The notes below the pieces were generated by a model that searched no databases, was not told where the DNA came from, and saw only the letters and a program-made list of their open reading frames with translations. Shown piece after piece: positions 1 through 8,451 of a DNA stretch of 15,682 bases. The translations under genes and the position numbers were made by a program. The stretch's first letter is position 1. Each line of letters begins with the position of its first letter. The stretch is from Candidatus Micrarchaeia archaeon (lineage in GTDB: Archaea; Micrarchaeota; Micrarchaeia; CAILAH01), in NCBI GenBank assembly GCA_049970015.1, contig JBMFNT010000020.1, forward strand, positions 1 to 15,682, in the 5' to 3' direction.

Positions 1-97
1 CTACATCCACACCGAGCTTATTCAGCTTCCTTATCAAGCTGTTATCTGCCTCTTGCTTTTTTTTCGAAGGTTCTATTTTTTTATCAGACTTGTTCAT
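1..97 (-). CDS. N-terminal part of a hypothetical protein running off the left edge (MNKSDKKIEPSKKKQEADNSLIRKLNKLGVDV...)
   Basis: Manually translated open frame from ATG at 97, preceded by AAGGTG (RBS-like), with no stop before the window edge. Too short to assign a function. Confidence 0.55.
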   Translation of the reverse strand, partial: MNKSDKKIEPSKKKQEADNSLIRKLNKLGVDV

Positions 98-159
98 GTA
101 TAACACCTTATTGTATTAATATGGCTATAAGTTATATTTATCAAGGTTTCGATTTTTCC

Positions 160-232
160 GGTTGTGGAACAGAAATAGGAAAGAACAGTGATGGAATTGT
201 ATGACCGTTCTCCTTAATTCTGTCCCACAGCC
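160..232. repeat. Long imperfect inverted repeat / hairpin
   Basis: GGTTGTGGAACAGAA (160-174) pairs with TTCTGTCCCACAGCC (218-232) with one G-U and one mismatch. The inner arms AGGAAAGAACAGT / ACCGTTCTCCT pair partially. Confidence 0.6.
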
Positions 233-299
233 TTAGGGGAGAGTGTGAGCAAATAAGAGGAGGTATTTTTTATGCTCTTATAAGCACATATTTCGTGTT

Positions 300-1216
300 G
301 AAGATTGGGCGGGAATACTAAAAAAATGTCATGATCAAAAGAAAGCCAAATTCATCGTGAGTGGATCTTCGTCATTGTTTGTAAAAAAAGTGTAGAAAGC
401 CTAAGCGGCAGAATGCTAGAGTATTATCTTTCTCCACTGCAATTTGATGAGTATTTAGAAATGAAAGGAAAAAAACCGGAAATGCTGCCCCTTCATGATA
501 TTTTCAAAATGAAAAAAAGATATGTTGAAGACACTGAAGAATTCCTCAGAAAAGGCTCCTTCCCAGAAATAATACATATGGATAAAAAGATGGCAATTAA
601 TTATATCCGCACGAGCACTATAGAAAAGATAGTATTTGATGATATTCCCTATACTTTTCACATCGAATATCCCTCAAAACTCTATGATCTGCTAAAGTTG
701 TGTGCAACGAATTATTCCCATCTTTTTACAGAAGTAAATTTTGCAGAAGCCATTCAAATAAGCAGACACGCACTTTCTGATCATTTATTATATCTTCAAA
801 AAGCGTATCTTGTTGATGTTCTGTATCCAAAAGGTTCATTTCAGAAAGCTTTGAAAAAGCAGAAAAAAATATTTGTAAAGACGGCATCAATTTATAATGC
901 ACTTTCAGAAAGTCCGGCAATTGGGCAAGCAGTAGAGACTGCAGTGCATGACAAAATAGATGATAGAAAGACAATGTTTTATAGGGATGCACAAAAAAGG
1001 GAAGTTGATTTTATTTCAAATCTTCCTATAGAAGTAAAATATCAATCAACAATCACAACAAGAGACATTGAGAATCTCCTTTATTATATGAAAAGATATA
1101 AGGCGAAGGAAGGGTTGGTTATAACTAAAGATTTGTTTGATGAAAAAGAGATAGAAGGAAAAACTATAAGATATATTCCACTTGATGTTTTTCTTTTAAA
1201 TATAGGTACGAAATAA
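300..1216 (+). pseudogene. 5'-truncated, frameshifted AAA_14 + DUF4143-type ATPase
   Basis: ORF 413-1216 has family motifs (LSPLQFDEYL, GSFPE, GQAVET, YRD..KREVDF, PIEVKY). The frame starting at 300 reads EDWAGILKK...KFIVSGSSSLF and joins the downstream frame (SVESLSGR) by a -1 shift at the A7 run 383-389. No Walker A/B is seen upstream. Confidence 0.8.
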
Positions 1217-1249
1217 TCTGCTGGGTAAGGATGATGGATGGCACAAATA

Positions 1250-1257
1250 TTTAAATT
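1250..1257 (+). promoter_or_regulatory. Putative TATA box of proS
   Basis: TTTAAATT preceded by A-rich CACAAATA, about 21 nt before the in-frame GTG at 1278. Confidence 0.5.
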
Positions 1258-1277
1258 TGCCACATGTTAATTTCTAT

Positions 1278-2684
1278 GTGCAGTTCGAGAAGGAAGAGAA
1301 GTTTTCGGAATGGTACTCAAAGGTATTGTTTGATGCTGGGATAGTTGACATAAGATATCCAGTAAAAGGGATGCCCGTTTACATGCCGTGGGGGTTTATG
1401 GCCATTGACAGGATGTTCAGGTATCTTGAGCAGTTGCTGGATGCAACCGGCCACCAAAAGGCATTATTTCCTGTTGCAATACCTGAGAATGTGTTTGCAA
1501 AGGAGAGTGAGCACATAAAAGGGTTTGAGGGTGAGGTGCTCTGGATAACACATGGTGGTACAACCCCACTTGAGGAGAGGCTTGTTTTAAGGCCAACCTC
1601 TGAAACATGTATGTACCCGATGTTTTCATTATGGATACGTTCGCACTCTGACCTTCCGCTCAGGTTATATCAAACAACAACAGTTTATAGGCATGAGACT
1701 AAGGCAACGCGACCGTTGATACGTGGGAGAGAGGTTTACTGGAATGAGGCACACACTGCACATGCAACTTTTGAGGATGCAGGCGCACAGGTTGAAGAGG
1801 CTGTTAAGATTTACTCTCAATTCTTCAATGCGCTATGTCTTCCATACAAGATAATAAAAAGGCCAGAGCATGACAAGTTTCCCGGTGCGGTCTACTCATA
1901 TGCATTTGATACTATAATGCCGGATGGCAGATCACTGCAGATTGGTACGGCACATCACCTAGGGGATAATTTCTCAAGAGCGTATAATGTTAGGTATGCA
2001 TCTGTTGATGGGAAGAATACACATGTATACCAAACTTCATATGGGATTTCGATGCGCGCACTTGCTGCAGTAATCTCAATACATGGTGATGAGAAAGGGT
2101 TGAGGCTACCGTTTGAAGTTGCACCAGTGCAGATCGTTTTTGTACCTATATATTCAAAGGGTAATAATAAGATGGTTGATGATGCATTGCTTAAAGTTTA
2201 TGATACACTTAAGGTGAAATACAGATGTCTGTATGATAGTACAAACAAAAGACCAGGTGAAAAGTTCTATTACTGGGAGCTTAAAGGAGTGCCCATAAGG
2301 ATAGAGGCGGGAGCCAGGGATATATTACAGGGTGTTGTGACGATTGTGGACCGTACAGGTGTAAAATCACAGGTGAATATAAGTTCACTGCCTGAAGCGA
2401 TTGAGACCATCATAAATGATTACAATAGTAGGCTCGCCGCAGATGCGCGGAATGCATACAACTCACGGGTATCTTATGCAGAAACGCTTGATAAGTTGGA
2501 TGAGATAATGAAGGCCAAGAGAGGTCATGTAATCTCGGGATGGTGTGGTAGTCTTGATTGTGTAGACAAGCTAACGGAGCATACAGTTGACATACTCGGT
2601 TTTGAGAAAGGTAATAACAATAAGCACAGATGTATAGTGTGTGGTAATGAAGGCAAGGAAATAATCATAGGCAAGCCATACTAA
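1278..2684 (+). CDS. proS: Proline--tRNA ligase, archaeal/eukaryote type
   Basis: FSEWY, YPVKG, LRPTSET, YRHETKATRPLIRGRE (motif 2), QIGTAHHLGDNFS, YGISMR (motif 3), anticodon-binding domain PGEKFYYWELKGVPIRIE, C-terminal Zn-binding Cys pairs and terminal Tyr. Start placed at GTG 1278; the track's TTG 1257 overlaps the TATA box. Confidence 0.97.
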   Translation: MQFEKEEKFSEWYSKVLFDAGIVDIRYPVKGMPVYMPWGFMAIDRMFRYLEQLLDATGHQKALFPVAIPENVFAKESEHIKGFEGEVLWITHGGTTPLEERLVLRPTSETCMYPMFSLWIRSHSDLPLRLYQTTTVYRHETKATRPLIRGREVYWNEAHTAHATFEDAGAQVEEAVKIYSQFFNALCLPYKIIKRPEHDKFPGAVYSYAFDTIMPDGRSLQIGTAHHLGDNFSRAYNVRYASVDGKNTHVYQTSYGISMRALAAVISIHGDEKGLRLPFEVAPVQIVFVPIYSKGNNKMVDDALLKVYDTLKVKYRCLYDSTNKRPGEKFYYWELKGVPIRIEAGARDILQGVVTIVDRTGVKSQVNISSLPEAIETIINDYNSRLAADARNAYNSRVSYAETLDKLDEIMKAKRGHVISGWCGSLDCVDKLTEHTVDILGFEKGNNNKHRCIVCGNEGKEIIIGKPY

Positions 2685-2731
2685 ACCCGCAAATTATCTT
2701 TGTTTTTATTATTTATTACCCTATAAATAGC

Positions 2732-3157
2732 ATGGCGTTTGATTTTAGAGTTATTGCATTAGGGCTTGCGATTGCAATTGTCTGGTCAATCTACCTTGTT
2801 CTTGTCAAGCTTTCGACAATGTTTGTTGCAGACCAGCGTGCGCTCATATTTGCGCTTGGTATGGGAGCTTTCCTTGTGTTTCTTGTTTATGCAATATATA
2901 ACAGGCCAATGCTTGACTTGAACCTTCCGATTAGTATCTCATTTGTTGCGGGCATGTTTTGGGCGATTGGTATAATCTTCCTAATATACTCTGTTAATAA
3001 TGGAGTTGAAATAGCAAAACTGTCCCCTTTGATAGGCCTGAGCATACTTTTTGTTACATTGATAAGCATATTTGTGCTGAACGAGGCACATGCTGAATGG
3101 TTTGAGGTTATAATAAGTGCTGCACTGATTACATTGGGTATATACATCCTTATATGA
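2732..3157 (+). CDS. Small multi-pass membrane protein, EamA/DMT-like transporter
   Basis: 141 aa, about 5 hydrophobic helices, DMT-like pattern (AG.FWAIG..F...S......AK.SPL...S......SIFVLNE). Confidence 0.7.
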   Translation: MAFDFRVIALGLAIAIVWSIYLVLVKLSTMFVADQRALIFALGMGAFLVFLVYAIYNRPMLDLNLPISISFVAGMFWAIGIIFLIYSVNNGVEIAKLSPLIGLSILFVTLISIFVLNEAHAEWFEVIISAALITLGIYILI

Positions 3158-3173
3158 TGCTATATGTAATCTA

Positions 3174-3293
3174 CGCCCCCACTGGGATTTGAACCCAGCC
3201 CTCAGCCTTTCCGCGTAATAACCCTGCAATATGTATCTAAAAGAAAAGAGCTCTCCGCAGGGCCGCATACTATCCAGGCTATACTATGGGGGC
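3174..3293 (-). tRNA. tRNA-Arg(GCG) with a 46-nt intron at canonical position 37/38 (intron 3209-3254); CCA not encoded
   Basis: Reverse complement folds: acceptor GCCCCCA/TGGGGGC + G73, D-arm GTAT-AGCCTGGATA-GTAT, anticodon stem CGGCC/GGCTG, loop CT-GCG-G^A, T-arm CTGGG-TTCAAAT-CCCAG. Intron 3' end GCGG pairs with C32-C35, giving a bulge-helix-bulge-like site. Confidence 0.92.
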
Positions 3294-3320
3294 GTATAAG
3301 ATTAATTAAAATAATAAGTG

Positions 3321-3328
3321 TTTTAAAA
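3321..3328 (-). promoter_or_regulatory. Putative TATA box of the tRNA gene
   Basis: TTTTAAAA preceded by GCAAACTG on the minus strand, about 27 nt upstream of tRNA G1. Confidence 0.55.
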
Positions 3329-3339
3329 CAGTTTGCATC

Positions 3340-4089
3340 TCATCTACCAACAGTTTTAATCTTGAGATACACTGCGAATGCGAAAAGCAGGTATGCAAGG
3401 TTGTATATAGGATCAATGAGTAGGTATGCCCATTCATCATATATCCCTAATTCGACTGTATATGAATATGCAAGATCCGATGTTGCAAACACAATGAATG
3501 ATAAAGTTAATAGTGTGAGGAATGGGCTGAACCCAGCAATTCCTAATACTATGTATGCCGCAATGCCAAATAGTATGATATCTAATATTGGATATATGTG
3601 ATTTATCATACCTATAATGTCCAATTCATGTTTGTATGAGTACGCCAAGTATAATGTGAAAAGTGTATATATGATCACAATCATTGCACATATGATAAGC
3701 CTGAGTTTATCATGATATAAGAAAAACTCCTCTCTTATGCTCCAAAGCCCTATGAACAGGTATATGTATGCAAGCATCCGAGGTATGTGTGCATAGATCT
3801 CATCTATGTATCCATAATCATATAACATGAATCCGAGCTCTCCCAATGTCCAGAGAGCAGATGCAACAAGTAAGTAATCTACATATACACATCTAACCAT
3901 CCTCTTCAACTTGAAGAGCAAAACCACACAAACCATAGCAAGGATGAGTGGGGTAATCAACCCTATGAACTTACTTGCTTCTTCGCTGAGAAATGCGTTT
4001 GCATAAATATTGAGTATAAACATTATGAACCCTACTATCATCACTAGACCTTCCACTTTCAAAAAGCTTCCTTGCTGTTTTCCAAGCAT
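3340..4089 (-). CDS. Hypothetical multi-pass (about 7-8 TM) membrane protein, resembling stand-alone membrane sensor-type domains
   Basis: Hydrophobic helices throughout, with motifs LWTLGE, IYPILD, SDLAYSY, DPIYNLAY. Start moved to ATG 4089, 23 nt from the TATA box at 4112-4119. Confidence 0.7.
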   Translation of the reverse strand: MLGKQQGSFLKVEGLVMIVGFIMFILNIYANAFLSEEASKFIGLITPLILAMVCVVLLFKLKRMVRCVYVDYLLVASALWTLGELGFMLYDYGYIDEIYAHIPRMLAYIYLFIGLWSIREEFFLYHDKLRLIICAMIVIIYTLFTLYLAYSYKHELDIIGMINHIYPILDIILFGIAAYIVLGIAGFSPFLTLLTLSFIVFATSDLAYSYTVELGIYDEWAYLLIDPIYNLAYLLFAFAVYLKIKTVGR

Positions 4090-4111
4090 AATAATCATTT
4101 CGTATCTTAAG

Positions 4112-4119
4112 TTTATAAA
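4112..4119 (-). promoter_or_regulatory. Putative TATA box of the membrane protein gene
   Basis: TTTATAAA about 23 nt upstream of ATG 4089 (leaderless geometry). Confidence 0.55.
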
Positions 4120-4132
4120 CCAGATCTTCCAC

Positions 4133-4152
4133 AAAAAACCAAAAATAAAAAA
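4133..4152 (-). terminator. Putative archaeal oligo-T terminator of the pilin gene
   Basis: Minus strand reads TTTTTTATTTTTGGTTTTTT about 22 nt after the pilin stop codon. Confidence 0.55.
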
Positions 4153-4174
4153 TTAGATTTAAGACTTTCTGCGT

Positions 4175-4630
4175 TTAGCTACATTTTCCTATAAGCGGCT
4201 TAACTCCCGTCTGCTTAACTCCTGTGAGCCCACCAACATTGTAAGTGAGCACAACATCATACTCAAACAGGTTTCCTGGACTTCCACATGAAGTTGCCAA
4301 TGTTCCTGTGACAGTCTTCTCTTCACCACCACTGAATGTTGTGCTTGGAACACCTAGGTCAGCCCCATCAAAACTTACGTTTGTCAGTGTCATCTTCTTA
4401 CTCTTCGTGTTCAGTAGTGTTAGCTGAACAGTCGTACCATTCACTTTATACTCTGTTATGGAGAACGGTTGTGCAGAGCTCCAGTATGTTCTGCTCTGTG
4501 ATTCTCTTGTATCACTGCTGACTCCAGGGAACCATCCTAACAATGCAATTGCAACCAATGCCACTATAAGTGCAACTGCCAACAGAACAAGGTATTCTGT
4601 TGAGCCCTGGCCTCTTTTAAAACCAAGCAT
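4175..4630 (-). CDS. Archaeal type IV pilin (class III signal peptide), probable major pilin
   Basis: MLGFKRG|QGSTEYLVLLAVALIVALVAIALL (Q+1, S+3, E+5, QxSxExxxL type). Strong RBS GAGGTGA at 4636-4642, own TATA box and terminator, two Cys, N-glycosylation sequons NGT and NVS. Confidence 0.88.
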   Translation of the reverse strand: MLGFKRGQGSTEYLVLLAVALIVALVAIALLGWFPGVSSDTRESQSRTYWSSAQPFSITEYKVNGTTVQLTLLNTKSKKMTLTNVSFDGADLGVPSTTFSGGEEKTVTGTLATSCGSPGNLFEYDVVLTYNVGGLTGVKQTGVKPLIGKCS

Positions 4631-4664
4631 GCATCTCACCTCAATAAACCATTTACACATAAAA

Positions 4665-4672
4665 TTTATAAA
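4665..4672 (-). promoter_or_regulatory. Putative TATA box of the major pilin gene
   Basis: TTTATAAA about 23 nt upstream of the RBS GAGGTGA. Confidence 0.6.
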
Positions 4673-4674
4673 TC

Positions 4675-4847
4675 TGATTTTATGTTAGCATGCTCATCAT
4701 GGATGATACAATAAACCTAAATGAGGGATAGTAAGGCCACAATAGGGAAATACATGATTTTATGTTAGCATACTAAGCATGGATGATACAATAAACCTAA
4801 ATGATGCATAGAGTACGAGGGATAGTAAGGCCACAATAGGGAAATAC
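4675..4847. repeat. Diverged tandem duplication of the tadC-like gene 3' end (coding copy 4755-4847, 93 bp; non-coding copy 4675-4753, 79 bp)
   Basis: Direct alignment by eye. The non-coding copy has a 14-bp deletion and 3 substitutions. Confidence 0.95.
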
Positions 4848-5809
4848 TTTATTCCATAGAGAAGTTTTCCTTCTCCTATTACACCTATGAACATGCTTAC
4901 GAGGAATGTTATGCTCAACAGAGTTGCCAATGCAATAAAATCTATAAATTCAGGGGCAATCTTTATCTCGCTCTTAAGTATTGAGAGTATCCCCACAGTT
5001 TCACTACCAGTGAATACAGATGCCTGCTGCTGTTTCATTGCAATCATTACTGTTATGAACTGTGATGATATTGAGAGCAGGAGGGGTATTATGAACACTA
5101 TTATGAATACTATAAATATCATGTATGACTTTGTCTGTATTCTCATTTCTTTTTTCAATGCCTCTATCTTTCTCATCTCATCTGCGCTTACCTCAAGCAG
5201 CTCAGCCATCTTTCCTCCAGACTTTATACCCTTATCAAAGAAAGTTATTGTCCTTCTCAGTACATCGGAATTGACTCTCTGCGAAAGCTCCATGAGTGCT
5301 CTGGAGAGTGATGTGCCAGTTATAGCTTTTGATGAGACATAATCAACCTCCTCTTTCAGGGGGCCGAAGTGTGGGAGTGCGGCAAGCCTGAACGCATTGA
5401 AAGCAGTCATGCCTGAGCGCAGGTTTGCGGACATTATAAACAAGTAATCTGGCAATACAGACTCAATACGTTTGGTTCTGTCATCTATTATGTAATAAAG
5501 GTGCATGTATATTATAAACCCTGTCATGAGAAATACTGACAAGAATGCAAGGAGTGATGTAGTAATAAGCTGGACAATCTCTTCCTGTGTAGTTGTGGCC
5601 GGTGTTTTATCAAGCATATACTTGAACAATGCCCACGGTGCAATCCCAGCGGCAATACCAAGTAGAAACATTATGAGTACTCGTATCCCAAGCCATGAAT
5701 CTACCTCTTCCCTTATACCTGCATATGTAAGAAGCTGTTCAATCTGTTTTCTTATCTCTTCCTTAACGATCCTTCCAAACTTTTTATATATCCTCCTTGG
5801 CACATTCAC
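4760..5809 (-). CDS. Type IV pilus membrane platform protein (TadC/FlaJ-like, T2SSF family)
   Basis: RIESVLPDYLFIMSANLRSGMT...FGPLKEE...SGGKMAELL pattern, multiple TM helices, in an operon with the VirB11 ATPase. Start GTG at 5809 or 5803. Confidence 0.9.
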   Translation of the reverse strand: MNVPRRIYKKFGRIVKEEIRKQIEQLLTYAGIREEVDSWLGIRVLIMFLLGIAAGIAPWALFKYMLDKTPATTTQEEIVQLITTSLLAFLSVFLMTGFIIYMHLYYIIDDRTKRIESVLPDYLFIMSANLRSGMTAFNAFRLAALPHFGPLKEEVDYVSSKAITGTSLSRALMELSQRVNSDVLRRTITFFDKGIKSGGKMAELLEVSADEMRKIEALKKEMRIQTKSYMIFIVFIIVFIIPLLLSISSQFITVMIAMKQQQASVFTGSETVGILSILKSEIKIAPEFIDFIALATLLSITFLVSMFIGVIGEGKLLYGIKYFPIVALLSLVLYASFRFIVSSMLSMLT

Positions 5810-5812
5810 ACC

Positions 5813-6694
5813 TCAGTATATTACCGGCCTCTCATTCTTTATGTAGCCTATTATTGCAAGCTGGACAAAAACCGATACTATGAGCAGTGCATAGAATAAA
5901 TCCTCAGTTACATTGATTGCCGTGAATGAGATGAGCAATGTCAGCAGTGTCATACCTATTGATGGCAGTACTGCAGCAAAGAACATATAGAACAGTATTG
6001 CAAAGTTGAGCTCACTTGCATAGTTTTTTATTGACTGCATCTGATAGTTCATGAGTATGTCAAGTGCGCTTCTCAGGGCACCGCTCATGCTTGCCCCGGA
6101 CTCTAGGGCCACTAGCACCTGCCACAATGTCCTTTTCAGGTATTCGCTCTTCGTTGACATGAGAACTCTCTCAAGTGCTTTCTTTTCGGATTCACCAGCG
6201 CTTATACTTCGCACTGCAATCGCGAGCTCTCGTGATACATTTCCATAATCAGATTTTGCAATGTTTAACAATGCAACATGGAACGGCATCCCTGATTTTA
6301 TCTGTGCAAGCATATCCCTAAGTGCAAATATGAGCTCGCGGTCAGTCTTTTCTGCAAACTTTTTTGCAAGTATTCCGGGATATAACATGTGGAGTGTGAA
6401 CGCAAAGGCAAGGAAAAATATGAATGCAGCAATCGAAAATATACTCCTATGCTCTTCCGGGACACCCCTATATTCAAGCACTACATATGTGACTAGGCTA
6501 AATACGGCACCCCATATGAGCGCAGAGATTAATGCAGCAAACGCATACTCGCTCGGGTCAATATCTGCATTTATTGAAATAAGGTCATACTTGACTGCTG
6601 GAAATATACTGAGAATTATCCCACCAATCCTTCTGAACGGTTTTCCAATACGCTTGGAGGTTTCAAGTGAGAATATCATCAATGGAATTCGCAA
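5813..6694 (-). CDS. Type IV pilus membrane platform protein (TadB/TadC-like, T2SSF family)
   Basis: DRELIFALRDMLAQIKSGMP...DYGNVSREL...ALESG pattern, TM helices, operon context. Confidence 0.9.
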   Translation of the reverse strand: MRIPLMIFSLETSKRIGKPFRRIGGIILSIFPAVKYDLISINADIDPSEYAFAALISALIWGAVFSLVTYVVLEYRGVPEEHRSIFSIAAFIFFLAFAFTLHMLYPGILAKKFAEKTDRELIFALRDMLAQIKSGMPFHVALLNIAKSDYGNVSRELAIAVRSISAGESEKKALERVLMSTKSEYLKRTLWQVLVALESGASMSGALRSALDILMNYQMQSIKNYASELNFAILFYMFFAAVLPSIGMTLLTLLISFTAINVTEDLFYALLIVSVFVQLAIIGYIKNERPVIY

Positions 6695-6700
6695 CTCCCA

Positions 6701-8440
6701 TTACCCCCCAACAATCTTCTTGAACGAGTAGTTTTTCTTAACCCCACTCAGCACATAATCCGGGTCTGCATAGTACATTTTCATAAGCGCGCCTACCTGG
6801 TCCAGCTGGTCAACTTTCTTTTCCACCATATAGTTTAGTATTTTCTTTTTGTTTTCAATATCCTCCTTCATCTCGGCATACGTCATGCCCGTGTGCAGGT
6901 TGAGCACCTCAACATACCTGCGCGGCTCCCTTATAAGCTCAAAGTTATCTGTTTTCGGCCTCCAGTGGTATATCACATTAAGGTCAGGCTCACCCTCTGG
7001 CCCAGGTACAACTTCGCTTATCTCCATCGTCCTTCTCAGGTTCAGCCGCCTATCCCTGTGTTGTACAACCAACAGGTTGATTGCATGTATTTCCGATTCT
7101 GGCACGGATATTGGGGGCTCAACAAGCCGTTTTATTACCTGTAGCCCAGTATCCGCGTGAAGTGTTGAATATACTGAGTGTCCCGTATGCATGGCCTCAA
7201 AAAGCACCTCTGCCTCCTTCCCCCTTCTTATCTCACCCACAATTATCCTGTCAGGCCTCATCCTTAGCGAGGTTACCATAAGCTCGAGCATTGATACCTC
7301 ACCCAATCCTTCGGGGTTGGGCGTCCGTGTAACTGTTGGTATCCAGTTCCACATGTACGATGGCAGCATAATCTCTCTTGTATCCTCTATGCTTATTATT
7401 CTGTGATATGGTTGTATAAGCCCGGCAAGGCAGTTAAGCGTTGTTGTCTTACCGCTTGCGGTCCCTCCTGCAATTATTATATTCATCTCATACTGTATTG
7501 CCTGCCATAGTAATGCAGCCATATCAACACTCATTGTGTTAAGGTCAGGGCTTATGAAGTTGGTTATGGTCCATGGGTTCCTTGCAAATTTTCGTATTGT
7601 TATAGTATTGCCCCGTGTTGACACTGGGTATAGTGTAGCATTCACACGATCCCCTGTGAGCAGGTGTGCATCAAGCACGGGTGTCAATGAGCTTATATTC
7701 CTTCCAATCTTCCTTCCTATGTATGCGGAATAATCTGCAATCATCTCCTCATTTCTTATGTGTAGGTTTGTTTCAAGCCAGCCATATTTTCTGTGGTACA
7801 CACCTACAGGAATCTCCGCAGCATTTACGATGACTTCCTCAAGCCAGTCATCTGCGATCAACATCTCAAGGTCTCCCAACCCACTCATCTCATGTAAAAG
7901 TATCCCGCCCAACACCTCTTTCTCTTTCTGCGGGAGCTTGTAATTATCAAGCACGCCAAGTATGTTTCTGTGAAAATCCTCTCTTATCCTCCTCGCTTTC
8001 TCAATATCTGTTATCTGCTCTACTTCAATAGGCACTTCTTTTATCACTTCATTTTTAACCCCTTCAATGAAAATCCTTGTGTAAGGGCTTATTGATGGCA
8101 TGCTTATGTTATACTTTGCACTCTTCTCATCCTCAGAAAAATATACAGTCACATCTGCCTTGACTCCATCTACATTTATCTGGTACTGTGAGTAGACCTT
8201 ACCCTCTTTTAATGGCCTCTCACTCTCAATCTCCTCCTCCCTGAGCAGCTGTACAGATATGCTCTCCCATGGGTTAACGGGATAGGTTACCTTGACTATG
8301 CCTCTCAACTCAAGCATGATCGCAACCTTCTCAAGAGCACCTTCATCCCATCCAAGCTCTTTTGCGGCCTTCCTTATATTTGTTGCCTTAGTCTTACTGC
8401 TTGCAAGCAGTTCAATAAACTTATCAACCAATGTTTTCAT
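6701..8440 (-). CDS. Type IV pilus assembly ATPase (VirB11/CpaF/FlaI family) with an N-terminal winged-helix-like extension
   Basis: Walker A GGTASGKTT, Asp box SIEDTRE, LRMRPDRIIVGEIR (Walker B), His box MHTGHSVYSTLHA, GDRVNAT..P, TITIRKF. Confidence 0.95.
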   Translation of the reverse strand: MKTLVDKFIELLASSKTKATNIRKAAKELGWDEGALEKVAIMLELRGIVKVTYPVNPWESISVQLLREEEIESERPLKEGKVYSQYQINVDGVKADVTVYFSEDEKSAKYNISMPSISPYTRIFIEGVKNEVIKEVPIEVEQITDIEKARRIREDFHRNILGVLDNYKLPQKEKEVLGGILLHEMSGLGDLEMLIADDWLEEVIVNAAEIPVGVYHRKYGWLETNLHIRNEEMIADYSAYIGRKIGRNISSLTPVLDAHLLTGDRVNATLYPVSTRGNTITIRKFARNPWTITNFISPDLNTMSVDMAALLWQAIQYEMNIIIAGGTASGKTTTLNCLAGLIQPYHRIISIEDTREIMLPSYMWNWIPTVTRTPNPEGLGEVSMLELMVTSLRMRPDRIIVGEIRRGKEAEVLFEAMHTGHSVYSTLHADTGLQVIKRLVEPPISVPESEIHAINLLVVQHRDRRLNLRRTMEISEVVPGPEGEPDLNVIYHWRPKTDNFELIREPRRYVEVLNLHTGMTYAEMKEDIENKKKILNYMVEKKVDQLDQVGALMKMYYADPDYVLSGVKKNYSFKKIVGG

Positions 8441-8451
8441 TTGCGATCACT

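Noticed and set aside
3174..3293. tRNA used as an attachment site for an integrated element
   Set aside because: No second copy of the tRNA 3' end and no integrase were seen in the window.
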